Positions 46,830 to 56,844 of a stretch of DNA of 59,135 nucleotides are shown piece after piece (positions within the stretch are counted from its first letter, which is position 1; every line of letters begins with the position of its first letter). The position numbers and the translations under genes are program-made. Origin of the DNA: a virus (Duplodnaviria; Caudoviricetes); IMG/VR virus record IMGVR_UViG_3300020055_000021, positions 1-59,135 of that record; one strand, 5' to 3'. The notes beneath the pieces are model-generated. The model was not told the origin of the DNA. It did no database searches and worked only from the letters and a program-made list of their open reading frames with translations.

Positions 46830-49118
46830 ATGGCAGCATCTACAATTAGTGTAACTCCCGCAGGTATGGGCGGTGGTGGCGGTGGAGATCCATTTAAAAA
46901 AATTGGTGGTCTATTAAAATCGGCACAAAAAAGAGCAATTCAGGGTAGAGATGCTGCTGATAGCGAGATTGATAGACTTAACGCAAAAATTGAATCTGAT
47001 AAAGAATCTGGAGAAGGTGTAGACCAGGCAGATGTAGAGCAACTTAAGTATTTAAAGGGTCGTAGAGAACAAAAAGGATATTTTTTCAAGCAGGCGTTAG
47101 GTTTTTCTGCTACTGATAGGTTAAAAACTACATTAGGTAAGTTTCAACGAGATCCTGCTATAGAAAATGACCCAGCAGCATCTGAAAAGGAGAGATTTTT
47201 TGCAAAAACTGGAATAACTAGACCAGACATGCTACCCGACACTTCAAATAGGGAAGCGGGTGGAGATATGATGTCCTATATTGGTCAGGGATTCCAAGCA
47301 ATTACTGACGCTATTAACAGAGTAGGAAAAAAATTAAAATCTGTATCTGCATCAACTGCTTCTGTTGCTTCTACAGTTAATAAGACTGTAAATTCTACAG
47401 AAACTCTTGGAAAATCTACTGAAGATCTTGCTGATGTAAGTAAAGTAGAAACTGACTTAAAACAAAAAGAATTAGATAACTATAAAGACGCCCAGGAAGA
47501 TGCTCAAGTTGAAGCAGAAGCATCTTCTAGAAGAGGTATTCTTGACGTTGCAAGGAGTATCAATGTAAAGGAAGTAGGATTAGGTGCTGCTAAAGGAATA
47601 GGTGGTAGATTACTTGGTGGACTTGGTTCTATTGGAGGTAAATTCTTAAAGAGGAGGGGAAGAAGAGGAAGAACTGCTTATCCGGGTGAAATTGGTCCAC
47701 TGCCAATGAACTCACGCGAACCATGGGCAAAAGCTGGCCCTGGTGAGATGGGCAATTCTGCTGGATTTGTTCCTAGACTATCTCAAGGTGGCATTATACA
47801 ACCAAAAATGCTAACTAATCCCACAAAGATTAGTTCAAAATCATTTGCTGCAATTCCAACAGAAAGACCGGAAGGAAAAAAACTATTATCTGGTACAAAA
47901 AGAGACTCAGATAACATGGGTAAGATGTTTGCTTTGGGTCCAATTATATCTGGTGGTATGACATTTGCCACAATGGGTATGTTAGCAAATGCAAATCCGT
48001 TGATTGGTGCTGTATTGAACACAGCAAGACCTGTGTTGGAGCCAATTGCTGAGGCATTCGGTTTCCCACCAAGTATCTTGAATGTTTTGCTTGGTAGAAA
48101 ACCTTCTGGTGATGCTAAAGAAAATGAGAGACCACAGAGACCACCACGACCACGACCACCAGGTCCACCACCAGGTCCACCCAGAAATGACCCTACTTCT
48201 GAGGATTTACCTTTCTCGCCATCTCCTGATGCAACTCAAGTAGAAAAAATAAAAGAACAAAAATTAAGTTCTCAGGATATTAAGCAAAATTTTGGAATGA
48301 AAACCAATGATACGTTTAATTTTAGCATTCCTGGTGGTGGAAATTATAAAGCATATAAAACAACAAACGGATTTGAAATATTCAGGTATGGTGGATTGGG
48401 TTCTTTATTTGGAAGAGACCAAAGGATAGATACGAGTGGAGGAAAAAATGCCAGGGTAGTTCAAGCATTGATAGAAGAGGGTAATAGACGTGTTGGTAGA
48501 CAATCTTCCGCCAATCCATTAGTTCCTACTAATTCCGGTATTAAATTAAAACGTAGTCAAGGAAGTCAAGAAACAGGTAGTGGATTTTCACCAGTTGGTT
48601 TACAAGACAGAAATAGAAGACCTCTCGTGTTTAGTCAACCTGCAGGAAATGCATTTGTAAAAATGTATAATGACGCTAATGGTGCTATTAAAGGTAGTGA
48701 TATTACCAGTACAAAAAGATCACAGAGAAAAAATGATACTGTTGGTGGGGCTGCAGGTAGTTTGCATTTAAGAGGCATGGCAATGGATGTTCAGGGTGAT
48801 TCGCAAACTTGGATTAAGCAACATGGTTCTAAATATGGTTGGGTTTATGCTCCTTATCCAGGACAACAACATGAAGGGCACTTCATTTACGATCCTAAGT
48901 TGAGGTCATCCAGCGAAACACAAACTCAAACAAATGCTAGAATTGCTCCCACGCCAACTGGAAAATCACTTCCTGGTTCTATTTCTCCTAGTGAAACGAT
49001 AGCTATGGCACCTCCCATTGCCAAACCGGTAGGAACTCCTACCATAACAGGAGACTCTTCTTCATACCCAGTAAGTTCAAATAAATTAAATATTCTTTTC
49101 AACCCAGCATTTACCTAA
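46830..49118 (+). CDS. gp29-like paralog with M15 (D,D-peptidase-like) domain
   Basis: S.KRS..., SLHLRGMAMDV, KYGW...HEGHF Zn-ligand pattern; late promoter at 46804. Confidence 0.75.
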   Translation: MAASTISVTPAGMGGGGGGDPFKKIGGLLKSAQKRAIQGRDAADSEIDRLNAKIESDKESGEGVDQADVEQLKYLKGRREQKGYFFKQALGFSATDRLKTTLGKFQRDPAIENDPAASEKERFFAKTGITRPDMLPDTSNREAGGDMMSYIGQGFQAITDAINRVGKKLKSVSASTASVASTVNKTVNSTETLGKSTEDLADVSKVETDLKQKELDNYKDAQEDAQVEAEASSRRGILDVARSINVKEVGLGAAKGIGGRLLGGLGSIGGKFLKRRGRRGRTAYPGEIGPLPMNSREPWAKAGPGEMGNSAGFVPRLSQGGIIQPKMLTNPTKISSKSFAAIPTERPEGKKLLSGTKRDSDNMGKMFALGPIISGGMTFATMGMLANANPLIGAVLNTARPVLEPIAEAFGFPPSILNVLLGRKPSGDAKENERPQRPPRPRPPGPPPGPPRNDPTSEDLPFSPSPDATQVEKIKEQKLSSQDIKQNFGMKTNDTFNFSIPGGGNYKAYKTTNGFEIFRYGGLGSLFGRDQRIDTSGGKNARVVQALIEEGNRRVGRQSSANPLVPTNSGIKLKRSQGSQETGSGFSPVGLQDRNRRPLVFSQPAGNAFVKMYNDANGAIKGSDITSTKRSQRKNDTVGGAAGSLHLRGMAMDVQGDSQTWIKQHGSKYGWVYAPYPGQQHEGHFIYDPKLRSSSETQTQTNARIAPTPTGKSLPGSISPSETIAMAPPIAKPVGTPTITGDSSSYPVSSNKLNILFNPAFT

Positions 49119-49121
49119 ATT

Positions 49122-50546
49122 ATGTCAGTAAAGAATTTTACACCAAAATACGTTCAAATTCAACCTGCTAGTGGTGATATTAGAGATGTAACTTCTATTA
49201 CAACTCTTTTCCAATACTACGAAGATATTGATGAACCATTTGTAAAAGCATCATTACAGTTAGTTGATGGTGGCGAAAACGTTATTAGAACTTTACCAAT
49301 ACAAGGTGGTGAAGTTGTACGCATTGGAATGGAATGTAATAATAATAATGGTGACAAAACAGATGTTGAATATATTTTTCGCATATGGAAAATATACGAT
49401 AGATTATTTGATAGAAACACACAAATTTATAGAATTGCTCTCGTTACAGACTCTGCATTTGTTAATGAGTATCAACATGTAAATAAAAGATTATCTGGAA
49501 AGGGAAGTGAAATTGTTGAAGATTTACTTAAAAATTATTTAAAAGTTCCTAGCGGCAGGATATTTATTGAAACAACAGGTAATGGTCACGTTTTATTTCC
49601 AGCAAGGAGAAAACCAACAAACATTATAAAAGACTTACAAAGAAAATCTATTTCGATTAAGGGATATAATAACTCAAAAATTGCAAATAAACAGACAAAA
49701 AATACTACAAAGGCACAAACTGAGGATGATGATAATAGCACCATATTAAAGGGTAGTGCTGGGTATATGTTTTATCAAAATAGAAATGGATTTAATTTCA
49801 AATCGATAGATAATCTTTGTGATGATGGGGGAGCATTTGATGGTAATAAAGTTATTGCTGAATATGTCTCCAGACCCATGAGTGATATAAATGACCCAAA
49901 TAATTTTAATGTTATAGAAGGATATTCATTCAAAACTGAGATAGATCTTCTTGATAAAATGAGGAGAGGTGTATATACGAGTAAGGTTATATTATACAAT
50001 ATTTCTAATGGTAAAACTGAAGAATATATCTATAGATTAGACGAATCTTTTCCTACCATGGCGCAGTTAGGTAGTCAATCAAAACTACCAAAATATGCCA
50101 CATCAGATAATGATTCTGCTATTCTGCCTCCATCTAGAGTTATATCTTTAGTAGTTGACCATGAAACGTGGAATCCAAATCCATCTGTTGCGGATCCTGA
50201 GGAAGGAGGGACACCACAATTTCCAGATTCATCTAAATATACAATTGTTCAAAGCATAGCAAGAAGACATTCATTAGATTTTCAAAAATTAGAAATACGA
50301 ATACCTGGTAATTTTGAGCTTACCGTAGGAGAAAAAATTAAAATAAAATTACCAAACTTAGTCGCTGGAAAAAATAGAGAAAAAGAACCTTGGGATAATG
50401 AAGCCAGTGGTAATTATTTAATTGGCAAATTATCCCATAATTTTTTATATGCTAACGAACAAGGACAGAAATTTGAAACCGTTTTGGAACTTATTCGTGA
50501 TACATATGGTATGAAGGAAGACCCTAGCAGCATCGGCAATGATTGA
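49122..50546 (+). CDS. baseplate hub protein (gp27-like)
   Basis: YYEDI..PF, FYQNRNGFNFKSID, IPGN.EL.VG, SGNYLI; immediately before gp5. Confidence 0.7.
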   Translation: MSVKNFTPKYVQIQPASGDIRDVTSITTLFQYYEDIDEPFVKASLQLVDGGENVIRTLPIQGGEVVRIGMECNNNNGDKTDVEYIFRIWKIYDRLFDRNTQIYRIALVTDSAFVNEYQHVNKRLSGKGSEIVEDLLKNYLKVPSGRIFIETTGNGHVLFPARRKPTNIIKDLQRKSISIKGYNNSKIANKQTKNTTKAQTEDDDNSTILKGSAGYMFYQNRNGFNFKSIDNLCDDGGAFDGNKVIAEYVSRPMSDINDPNNFNVIEGYSFKTEIDLLDKMRRGVYTSKVILYNISNGKTEEYIYRLDESFPTMAQLGSQSKLPKYATSDNDSAILPPSRVISLVVDHETWNPNPSVADPEEGGTPQFPDSSKYTIVQSIARRHSLDFQKLEIRIPGNFELTVGEKIKIKLPNLVAGKNREKEPWDNEASGNYLIGKLSHNFLYANEQGQKFETVLELIRDTYGMKEDPSSIGND

Positions 50547-53500
50547 TCCAATCCTCTCTAATGTAATACCCACATTCAATATTGGTAACGACGGATTCAG
50601 TTGGTGGATAGGTCAAGTAGAAAATGTTACTGATGTAAAGTTAAATGGTGGTAGAGTAAAAGTAAGAATTGTAGGCGTACATAACAAAGAAGGTGATGTG
50701 ACATCTACAGATGACCTTCCATGGTGTCATGTGATGTTGCCGACAAATGTTCCTTACCAAAGTGGTGGTTCTAAAGGTGCTCACAATTTAGAGGTTGGGT
50801 GTTGGGTTGCTGGATTTTACTTAGATCCAGAGTGCCAAAAACCTATCATCATGGGTAGTATTGGTCATGTACCAGGAACTACTTTTATTGAGCCTAATAA
50901 TTTAAAACCTGGATTAACGAGTTTAGGATTTGAACAGGTAAGACCTATTGATATTAAACCAACTACTGATAGACTAAAAGAAACTATAGAGGGTAAAAAT
51001 CCAGATGGTTCTAATGCAGATGCTGGTGGTGCTGCCGCTAAACAACAAGGTGGCGTTTCAGCATTGACAGCTTTGAATGAAGAGAGAACTGAAACTAATC
51101 CAACTGGTTCAAAGCAATGTATTAAGAAAGCGGATGCAAAGTGCGATGCCAAGAGTTTTGGTAGAGAAGTTAGAAAAATTATTGGAGATTTATTAAAAGT
51201 AAATCAACAATCTGGAGGAAAAATCGGCACTTTTTATGTTGGTAAGGCAAATGGTTTATTATATAATGCACAGACACTGCCAAGAAAATACATTTCAAAA
51301 TTAACTCGATTAGTCTCAGCTTTGTCGTTAAGAGTCAAAAAAGAAATTGTATTTGGCATTAGGCAAGGTATTGAGGAACTAGTTAAATTAATTATGGGTG
51401 TTAAGAGTGCTAAGGATGTAAAAGAAAAGGCAACAGATAAAGCCAAAAATCCTAAAGAGTCTTATGTTCCAAATGCACCTCACGGTAATTTTTTAAAGGA
51501 GGTAATTAAAACTTTTAATGAGTTACTAGGAAATCTTGGTTGTTCTTTTACAAAAACACTAGATGACCTAATTAAATATATTATTGATTTAGTTATGGAG
51601 TATCTGCAAGATGCTTTCAGTGCTGCAACATGCTTGATTGATGATGTTACTTCTAAGATTGTTAGATTCCTTGAAAGTTCTTATGAATCTCTTATTAGTA
51701 CAGTTCTTGGTCCGATACAAGATTTATTAGGTGAAGCAGGTAGTTTCCTCGATTTAATTGGTGGAGTTGTTAACAGAGTGCTCACTTTCCTGAACATCAG
51801 TTGTACAGGTCTCGATAATGATTGCAACAAAGATAAAAATATTTGTAGTGATGGGTCGGATGGTGAAGATGATGAAGATGATGAAGAAGAGGAAGATGAT
51901 GAGGGATTTTTCACTAAATTAATTAATGCAATTGTGGAAGCAGAGCAAGCATCAGATGAGTTCCTAGACGATGCTATAGATGAAATTGAAACTGGTAGTT
52001 TAACTGGAAAAAAATTAAATGGAAATTTACCTCGTGGCGTTTGTAACGATGCAAGGAAAAGAAATAAAAGAAAATCTACCAAGGTTAAATTTATTGGTGG
52101 TGTAATTAATCAACCAATAAAAAATAATTTTAAGGCATCAACTACATTTATTCCAGATATTCCCCTAGAGACACCAAATTATCCTCAATTTTCTGACTTA
52201 CCCCAACCAACAATTTCTAATTTTGGACTTAATACAGATAATTACACTGAGTACACCGTTACTGCTCAAGAAGATCTTATTCTAGAGGGCGAAGTTGCAA
52301 GATTTGATGTTGTTGGACCTGTAAGAAATAGTGTTTTAGAAGTTCAAATTGATTCTTCAACTGATATTCCGCAAGAATCTGTTGTAACATTTGAAGAGTG
52401 TGTTATAAATTCAGCAGATGGAACTGCTGTAGGATTAACGGTACAGGTTTCTAGGGATATTGATGGTGTCCCCACTATCAATATTTTAAGTGGTGGAACT
52501 GGATATTTGAAAAATATGAGATTTTCTATTGATGGATCTAAAGCTGGTGGAACTAGTGGTCAAGATGATATTGCATTTACTGTTACTTTAGTTGGTAGAG
52601 AACTAGATTTTAAAATTTTTGGTGATGTTTTTGAAAAAGGTATTATCGATTCAGAAATATACTCTGAATTTGGTAAATTTACATACACAGAGCCAGTAAC
52701 TTTCACTTTCCAAACAATGGAAACAAATGCTTCACAACCATCAAGCATTGGATTTGAACTAGTTCAACAAAGAGCAGCAGATTCTATCATAATCTGGAGA
52801 GATGACCCAAGAAATTTATCAGACACTGATGCAAATGATCCTGTTAATACGGTAACAGTAACTACAGAAAAATCAATTTATACTGAAGGTTCGGTAATAT
52901 TCTTTGATGTTGAAACTAGTGGTTATGCAGATGGTACGAAATTCAGTTTCTCGATATTTGGTAGTGTCACGGAAAATGATTATGACATCTATTTGTTAGG
53001 AGAAGAAAAGAAATTTGAAATTAACGATTCTTCTGGGCAGGTTGTTGTTGTAACAAATATTGATTTTATCAGTGAAGGTCAGGAAAGCATGACATTTTTA
53101 GTTTATGAAGAGGATAATTTAGAGAGACCTTTGGCATCAACGACCGTTTTAATTGTGGACCGCAATGAATCAGAAATTAACGATGAGGAAGAGGAAGAAG
53201 TGTTTAGATTATCTCAAGACACAACAAATGCTCAACTTGAGGCATTTTTAAATTCTCAAAATACAACTGTGTCTAGAGATTTTGCTGATGAAATTATCTC
53301 ATTGCCTGCTGATTTAGGATCGTTACCTCCAGTACCTCTACCTGAAGACGAACCTTTAGAATTTTTACCCCCCGTTGCAGGAACACCAATAGTTGATGAA
53401 GACGGTTCAATCATTAGTATTCCTATTGATTTTCCTGGAAACAGGACTTATCAAGTTGCACCACAGGTTGCAATATCTGGTGATGGATATGGAGCAGCAG

Positions 53501-53901
53501 GTATTGTTTTACTGGATAATGATGGACTCCCAAGTGAAATTAGAGTGACTAGAATTGGAGTTGGATATGTTCCAAATTTACCAGACGATAATAATTTAAA
53601 TTGTATCATAGATTCCTTTACTATTATTAGACCAGGATTTGGATATAGTTCTCCACCTACAATTTTTGTGGATGGCGATCCTAATATTGCTGAGGCAATT
53701 GTTAATGATGACGGATATCTTAGTGGTGTCAGAGTGTTAAATAGGAGTAAGGCTTATAAAACAATACCTGACATTGTAGTTTCTGGTGGTGGAGGAACTT
53801 CTGGATTTGTATTACCAAATCTTGTATGTCTATCGCAACCTGAACTGGAAGAGAAAGGATATGTGAAGATAGGTACAGGTAAATATATTGATTGCCCATG
53901 A
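50539..53901 (+). CDS. gp5: baseplate hub/spike gp5, N-terminal OB-fold part with added domains
   Basis: WWIGQVE, RVKVRIVG.H, LPW, V.GFYLD...Q.PIIMG. Confidence 0.88.
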   Translation: MIDPILSNVIPTFNIGNDGFSWWIGQVENVTDVKLNGGRVKVRIVGVHNKEGDVTSTDDLPWCHVMLPTNVPYQSGGSKGAHNLEVGCWVAGFYLDPECQKPIIMGSIGHVPGTTFIEPNNLKPGLTSLGFEQVRPIDIKPTTDRLKETIEGKNPDGSNADAGGAAAKQQGGVSALTALNEERTETNPTGSKQCIKKADAKCDAKSFGREVRKIIGDLLKVNQQSGGKIGTFYVGKANGLLYNAQTLPRKYISKLTRLVSALSLRVKKEIVFGIRQGIEELVKLIMGVKSAKDVKEKATDKAKNPKESYVPNAPHGNFLKEVIKTFNELLGNLGCSFTKTLDDLIKYIIDLVMEYLQDAFSAATCLIDDVTSKIVRFLESSYESLISTVLGPIQDLLGEAGSFLDLIGGVVNRVLTFLNISCTGLDNDCNKDKNICSDGSDGEDDEDDEEEEDDEGFFTKLINAIVEAEQASDEFLDDAIDEIETGSLTGKKLNGNLPRGVCNDARKRNKRKSTKVKFIGGVINQPIKNNFKASTTFIPDIPLETPNYPQFSDLPQPTISNFGLNTDNYTEYTVTAQEDLILEGEVARFDVVGPVRNSVLEVQIDSSTDIPQESVVTFEECVINSADGTAVGLTVQVSRDIDGVPTINILSGGTGYLKNMRFSIDGSKAGGTSGQDDIAFTVTLVGRELDFKIFGDVFEKGIIDSEIYSEFGKFTYTEPVTFTFQTMETNASQPSSIGFELVQQRAADSIIIWRDDPRNLSDTDANDPVNTVTVTTEKSIYTEGSVIFFDVETSGYADGTKFSFSIFGSVTENDYDIYLLGEEKKFEINDSSGQVVVVTNIDFISEGQESMTFLVYEEDNLERPLASTTVLIVDRNESEINDEEEEEVFRLSQDTTNAQLEAFLNSQNTTVSRDFADEIISLPADLGSLPPVPLPEDEPLEFLPPVAGTPIVDEDGSIISIPIDFPGNRTYQVAPQVAISGDGYGAAGIVLLDNDGLPSEIRVTRIGVGYVPNLPDDNNLNCIIDSFTIIRPGFGYSSPPTIFVDGDPNIAEAIVNDDGYLSGVRVLNRSKAYKTIPDIVVSGGGGTSGFVLPNLVCLSQPELEEKGYVKIGTGKYIDCP

Positions 53902-54974
53902 CATTTTATTCTCATCATAACAGAGCAACATCTGCTAAAGATACAGCACCTATATCAGAACCTACTGATGGTAGGATAGATATTGCCAAGAAATTTTGTA
54001 CCGGTAAAGTAGATATTATGGGTCAGCACCTTGGATATCTAATAGGTGCTTATTCGAATAAAGATGGGTCTGGAGGACTATTCATAACTGATGGTACATC
54101 TGCTTTTCATATCGACTCCTTAAATAATATACACATAAAAACTGGTGCTACCGATGCTGATGGACCTGGTGGTGGTAAATTACAACTTGGTGCTGAGAGA
54201 CTTCTAGCAGAGTTTAGTGAGTATGCTCTAGAAGTTGGACCTGTAGATGATAAAAGTTCTCCCGACAAAACAGGAACAAAGGAGGAAAAGGTATCTGCAT
54301 ACAGTATTCAGGTCTATGGTAATGCTGATATAAATTGCACTGATGGTGATCTCAAACTAGGTGGAAAGAACATTCTACTTGATGCGAAAGATGTTGTCAA
54401 GATAACTGCAGGAACTCAAGTACAAATCGAAGCAGGTGATGGCGGCGGTAGAATTGACATGATTGCTAATGAATTAAATTCTAATACCAGTAGCACTACA
54501 TTTAATCAAACAGGCGCATTTTATATTGAAGGTGCAGAAGAAATTATTTTTAATCAAAAAGTTAAAGTTGATCCAACTCAAGAAAAAATTTCTGTAGTAA
54601 CCCCAGGTTCATCTTTGGTTGCAAATAGTATAGGTGGATCTACTAGTATGTTCCTCGGTAATAATAAAGTAACTAGCGTCGGAAATACTCAAACAGAAGC
54701 ATATAAGTTCTTGACGACTTCAATTGGTGGTGATGCTCAGGTATCTGTTGGACCACTCTCCTCTTCTACTGTTGCACAACTAAGTATGGTTGCCGTTGGA
54801 TCTCCAACACCAACGTCAAGAGATACATTTGCGTTTGGAATTGTTTCTGGTGGTTCTGTCGGAACTTCTTTTGGTGTTACTGGTATGGATGTTAATTTAG
54901 CATCTGCTGGAACAATCACTTCGTATGCTACATCAATTGTCGATAATATTGGTTCAGTAATTCTCTTGAACTAG
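53898..54974 (+). CDS. gp5 C-terminal-like beta-helix spike protein
   Basis: ATGA-coupled to gp5; short beta repeats; ends VILLN. Confidence 0.6.
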   Translation: MTFYSHHNRATSAKDTAPISEPTDGRIDIAKKFCTGKVDIMGQHLGYLIGAYSNKDGSGGLFITDGTSAFHIDSLNNIHIKTGATDADGPGGGKLQLGAERLLAEFSEYALEVGPVDDKSSPDKTGTKEEKVSAYSIQVYGNADINCTDGDLKLGGKNILLDAKDVVKITAGTQVQIEAGDGGGRIDMIANELNSNTSSTTFNQTGAFYIEGAEEIIFNQKVKVDPTQEKISVVTPGSSLVANSIGGSTSMFLGNNKVTSVGNTQTEAYKFLTTSIGGDAQVSVGPLSSSTVAQLSMVAVGSPTPTSRDTFAFGIVSGGSVGTSFGVTGMDVNLASAGTITSYATSIVDNIGSVILLN

Positions 54975-54978
54975 GGGC

Positions 54979-55007
54979 TTGACAGACCTCAGAAAAGGTG
55001 CTACCAT
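54979..55007 (+). promoter_or_regulatory. sigma70-like promoter
   Basis: GGGGCTTGACA-17-TACCAT with TG extension. Confidence 0.7.
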
Positions 55008-55021
55008 AGCTATGTCCGAGA

Positions 55022-55159
55022 ATGAAACACATGAAGCTTAAAGAGACTAAGAGAACATTTGTTGTGAAGTCCGGTGATACTTGGGAATGGGTAGAGACAC
55101 CTGAGTTTGAAGCAGCAATCGCTAAATACTGGCAAACTGTGAAGGAGAATGCGGTATGA
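55022..55159 (+). CDS. small hypothetical protein (45 aa)
   Basis: translated by hand; ATGA-coupled to the next gene. Confidence 0.6.
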   Translation: MKHMKLKETKRTFVVKSGDTWEWVETPEFEAAIAKYWQTVKENAV

Positions 55160-55353
55160 AAGATCAATATGTTATTGATGACGGCGAAAACAAACAAGAC
55201 AAATGGAATCGCGGTCTAGACCTATTCATTGAATCTGTACTTAAACCAGACCCAGCATTACGTCAATGCGCTCATAATCAAAAATGTTATCATGAATTGA
55301 TGGATGTTCGAACACAAGTTTTGGAACACCTAAACAGTATGAGGTGGCACTGA
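55156..55353 (+). CDS. hypothetical protein
   Basis: AGGAG RBS; KWNRGLDLFIESV..PD..LRQCAHNQ.CYHELM. Confidence 0.8.
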   Translation: MKDQYVIDDGENKQDKWNRGLDLFIESVLKPDPALRQCAHNQKCYHELMDVRTQVLEHLNSMRWH

Positions 55354-55402
55354 ATAAACTGGCACACACCCCCTTGCGGTCCTGGTCTGGGGGTGTTATA
55401 GT
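55344..55402 (+). promoter_or_regulatory. box-type promoter
   Basis: GTGGCAC...AACTGGCACA, TTGCGG-17-TATAGT. Confidence 0.65.
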
Positions 55403-55428
55403 ACCTAGGTAATCAACGCATAACACAT

Positions 55429-55677
55429 ATGACTTCTATTTTCGACGCTATGTGCGATATTCCCCTTGCTAAAGAAGGAGAGGAAGAACTTGAGTCTGTT
55501 GTTGTCAATCCGGATGATATGACTATTACCTTGACTAGCGACAAGGGAGATGTCAAGGTAATTCAATGTGATTCGCAAGACGAACTTAATGAGTTTGGTA
55601 TGGCGATGCGCCTTGAGTTGTATCATAAAGGATATGACACCCAGACCACTTCTGAAGCAGTTCGCGTACAAAACTGA
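55429..55677 (+). CDS. hypothetical protein
   Basis: first gene after the promoter. Confidence 0.75.
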   Translation: MTSIFDAMCDIPLAKEGEEELESVVVNPDDMTITLTSDKGDVKVIQCDSQDELNEFGMAMRLELYHKGYDTQTTSEAVRVQN

Positions 55678-56090
55678 TGACTTACGAAGCAGAAGTACAA
55701 TTCAAATTCGATGCTACCTACACTCATGATTATAGTCGTGGGTTTGGTTCTACTATTGGTGATGATGACTTCATTCCCGAAGAGCATTACCTGATTACAG
55801 CGCCAGCAGCAGACCTTAACTGCAAACAGTATTTCAAACTATTTGAGAAGTTCATGCTCTGTGTTGGTATGGCACCCTGTTCTATTCGTTCTGGTGCTAT
55901 GTCATTGGTATTCAATGATATGGTGACTGAAGAAGAACAACGCAAAGTGTGTAAAGAGTATGAACTCACTATGGATGAGGACCTGGAGAAGAAATACCAG
56001 GACTTCAAAGAGCGTGATGCTCAATGGGAAAAATTGAATGCCCATTATGAGAATAACTTTGGTAGTGAACCCAAGATTAAAGATGACTGA
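55677..56090 (+). CDS. hypothetical protein
   Basis: TGATG coupling; 137 aa. Confidence 0.8.
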   Translation: MTYEAEVQFKFDATYTHDYSRGFGSTIGDDDFIPEEHYLITAPAADLNCKQYFKLFEKFMLCVGMAPCSIRSGAMSLVFNDMVTEEEQRKVCKEYELTMDEDLEKKYQDFKERDAQWEKLNAHYENNFGSEPKIKDD

Positions 56091-56235
56091 CGAACAAATC
56101 AAAATGCTCCGTTGTCTCATCCGAGATGAGATTAAACGTGACCAGATTGATGGATTTGAGCACGGACATTGGGGATGGGTAGAGAAGCACCTAAATGAAG
56201 GATGGAAAGAATTTCAGGAGAGTTTTAACAAATGA
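56083..56235 (+). CDS. hypothetical protein
   Basis: likely start MTDEQ; coupled to neighbours. Confidence 0.6.
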   Translation: MTDEQIKMLRCLIRDEIKRDQIDGFEHGHWGWVEKHLNEGWKEFQESFNK

Positions 56236-56627
56236 GTATTCCACATTTCAAATCCCAACATGACTGGGAAGCATTTACCCAAATCTTTGATAGTCAGTGG
56301 CATTGTAAGAAAGCATTGCTGGATCGTGTCAAGGATGATATGCTCCCTGGTTATAACTGGGATCAACTTCAACCACATACAGTGGAAATTATCAATGACA
56401 TCGTAACAAATCTCCTGTATGATGTAGATCGTAAGTTCAAAGAAACACACCAAGACTATAAGACTGAGGATGATGACATCTTCATTCCTTATCGTTCATT
56501 CAAAGAGAATGTAGCAGAAGCACTCAAAGAAGCAATGCCGTGTGCTCTCGAAAAACACAATCAGGAAGTTCTTGCTAAACTAGACAGAAAGAGTAGTGTC
56601 ACAACCCCCCTAGACGGGGACCACTAA
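56232..56627 (+). CDS. hypothetical protein
   Basis: AGGAG RBS; ATGA overlap; 131 aa. Confidence 0.8.
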   Translation: MSIPHFKSQHDWEAFTQIFDSQWHCKKALLDRVKDDMLPGYNWDQLQPHTVEIINDIVTNLLYDVDRKFKETHQDYKTEDDDIFIPYRSFKENVAEALKEAMPCALEKHNQEVLAKLDRKSSVTTPLDGDH

Positions 56628-56639
56628 ATACCTTATATT
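56596..56639 (+). promoter_or_regulatory. box-type promoter plus late promoter upstream of the tRNA array
   Basis: GTGTCACA, TAGACG-17-TATATT; CTAAATA at 56624. Confidence 0.6.
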
Positions 56640-56662
56640 ACTAAGGTAATCGAGACAGACCC

Positions 56663-56791
56663 ATGACGACGCCCAACTGGCAACACCACTCTAAAAAAGA
56701 CCAGAAGCGTCGTCTGAAACCTCAGGCGTTGCGTCAGGCAAAGGCACGACGCCAAGCACTTAAACGCAAGCTTCTGTCGCCTATTGGTTAA
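56663..56791 (+). CDS. small very basic protein (MTTPNWQHHSKKDQKRRLKPQALRQAK..., 42 aa)
   Basis: translated by hand; stop lies in the tRNA-Ile D-loop. Confidence 0.65.
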   Translation: MTTPNWQHHSKKDQKRRLKPQALRQAKARRQALKRKLLSPIG

Positions 56792-56841
56792 GGCCCTCTG
56801 CTTATAACGGAGTGAAAAGGGTTCAATTCCCTTCAGAAGCA
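56770..56841 (+). tRNA. tRNA-Ile(UAU)
   Basis: GCTTCTG/CAGAAGC acceptor; CTCTG-CTTATAA-CGGAG; AAGGG-TTCAATT-CCCTT. Confidence 0.9.
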
Positions 56842-56844
56842 CTC

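Noticed and set aside
48131-48182. CCA-rich short repeats
   Set aside because: They encode a Pro-rich linker (RPPRPRPPGPPPGPP), not a DNA element
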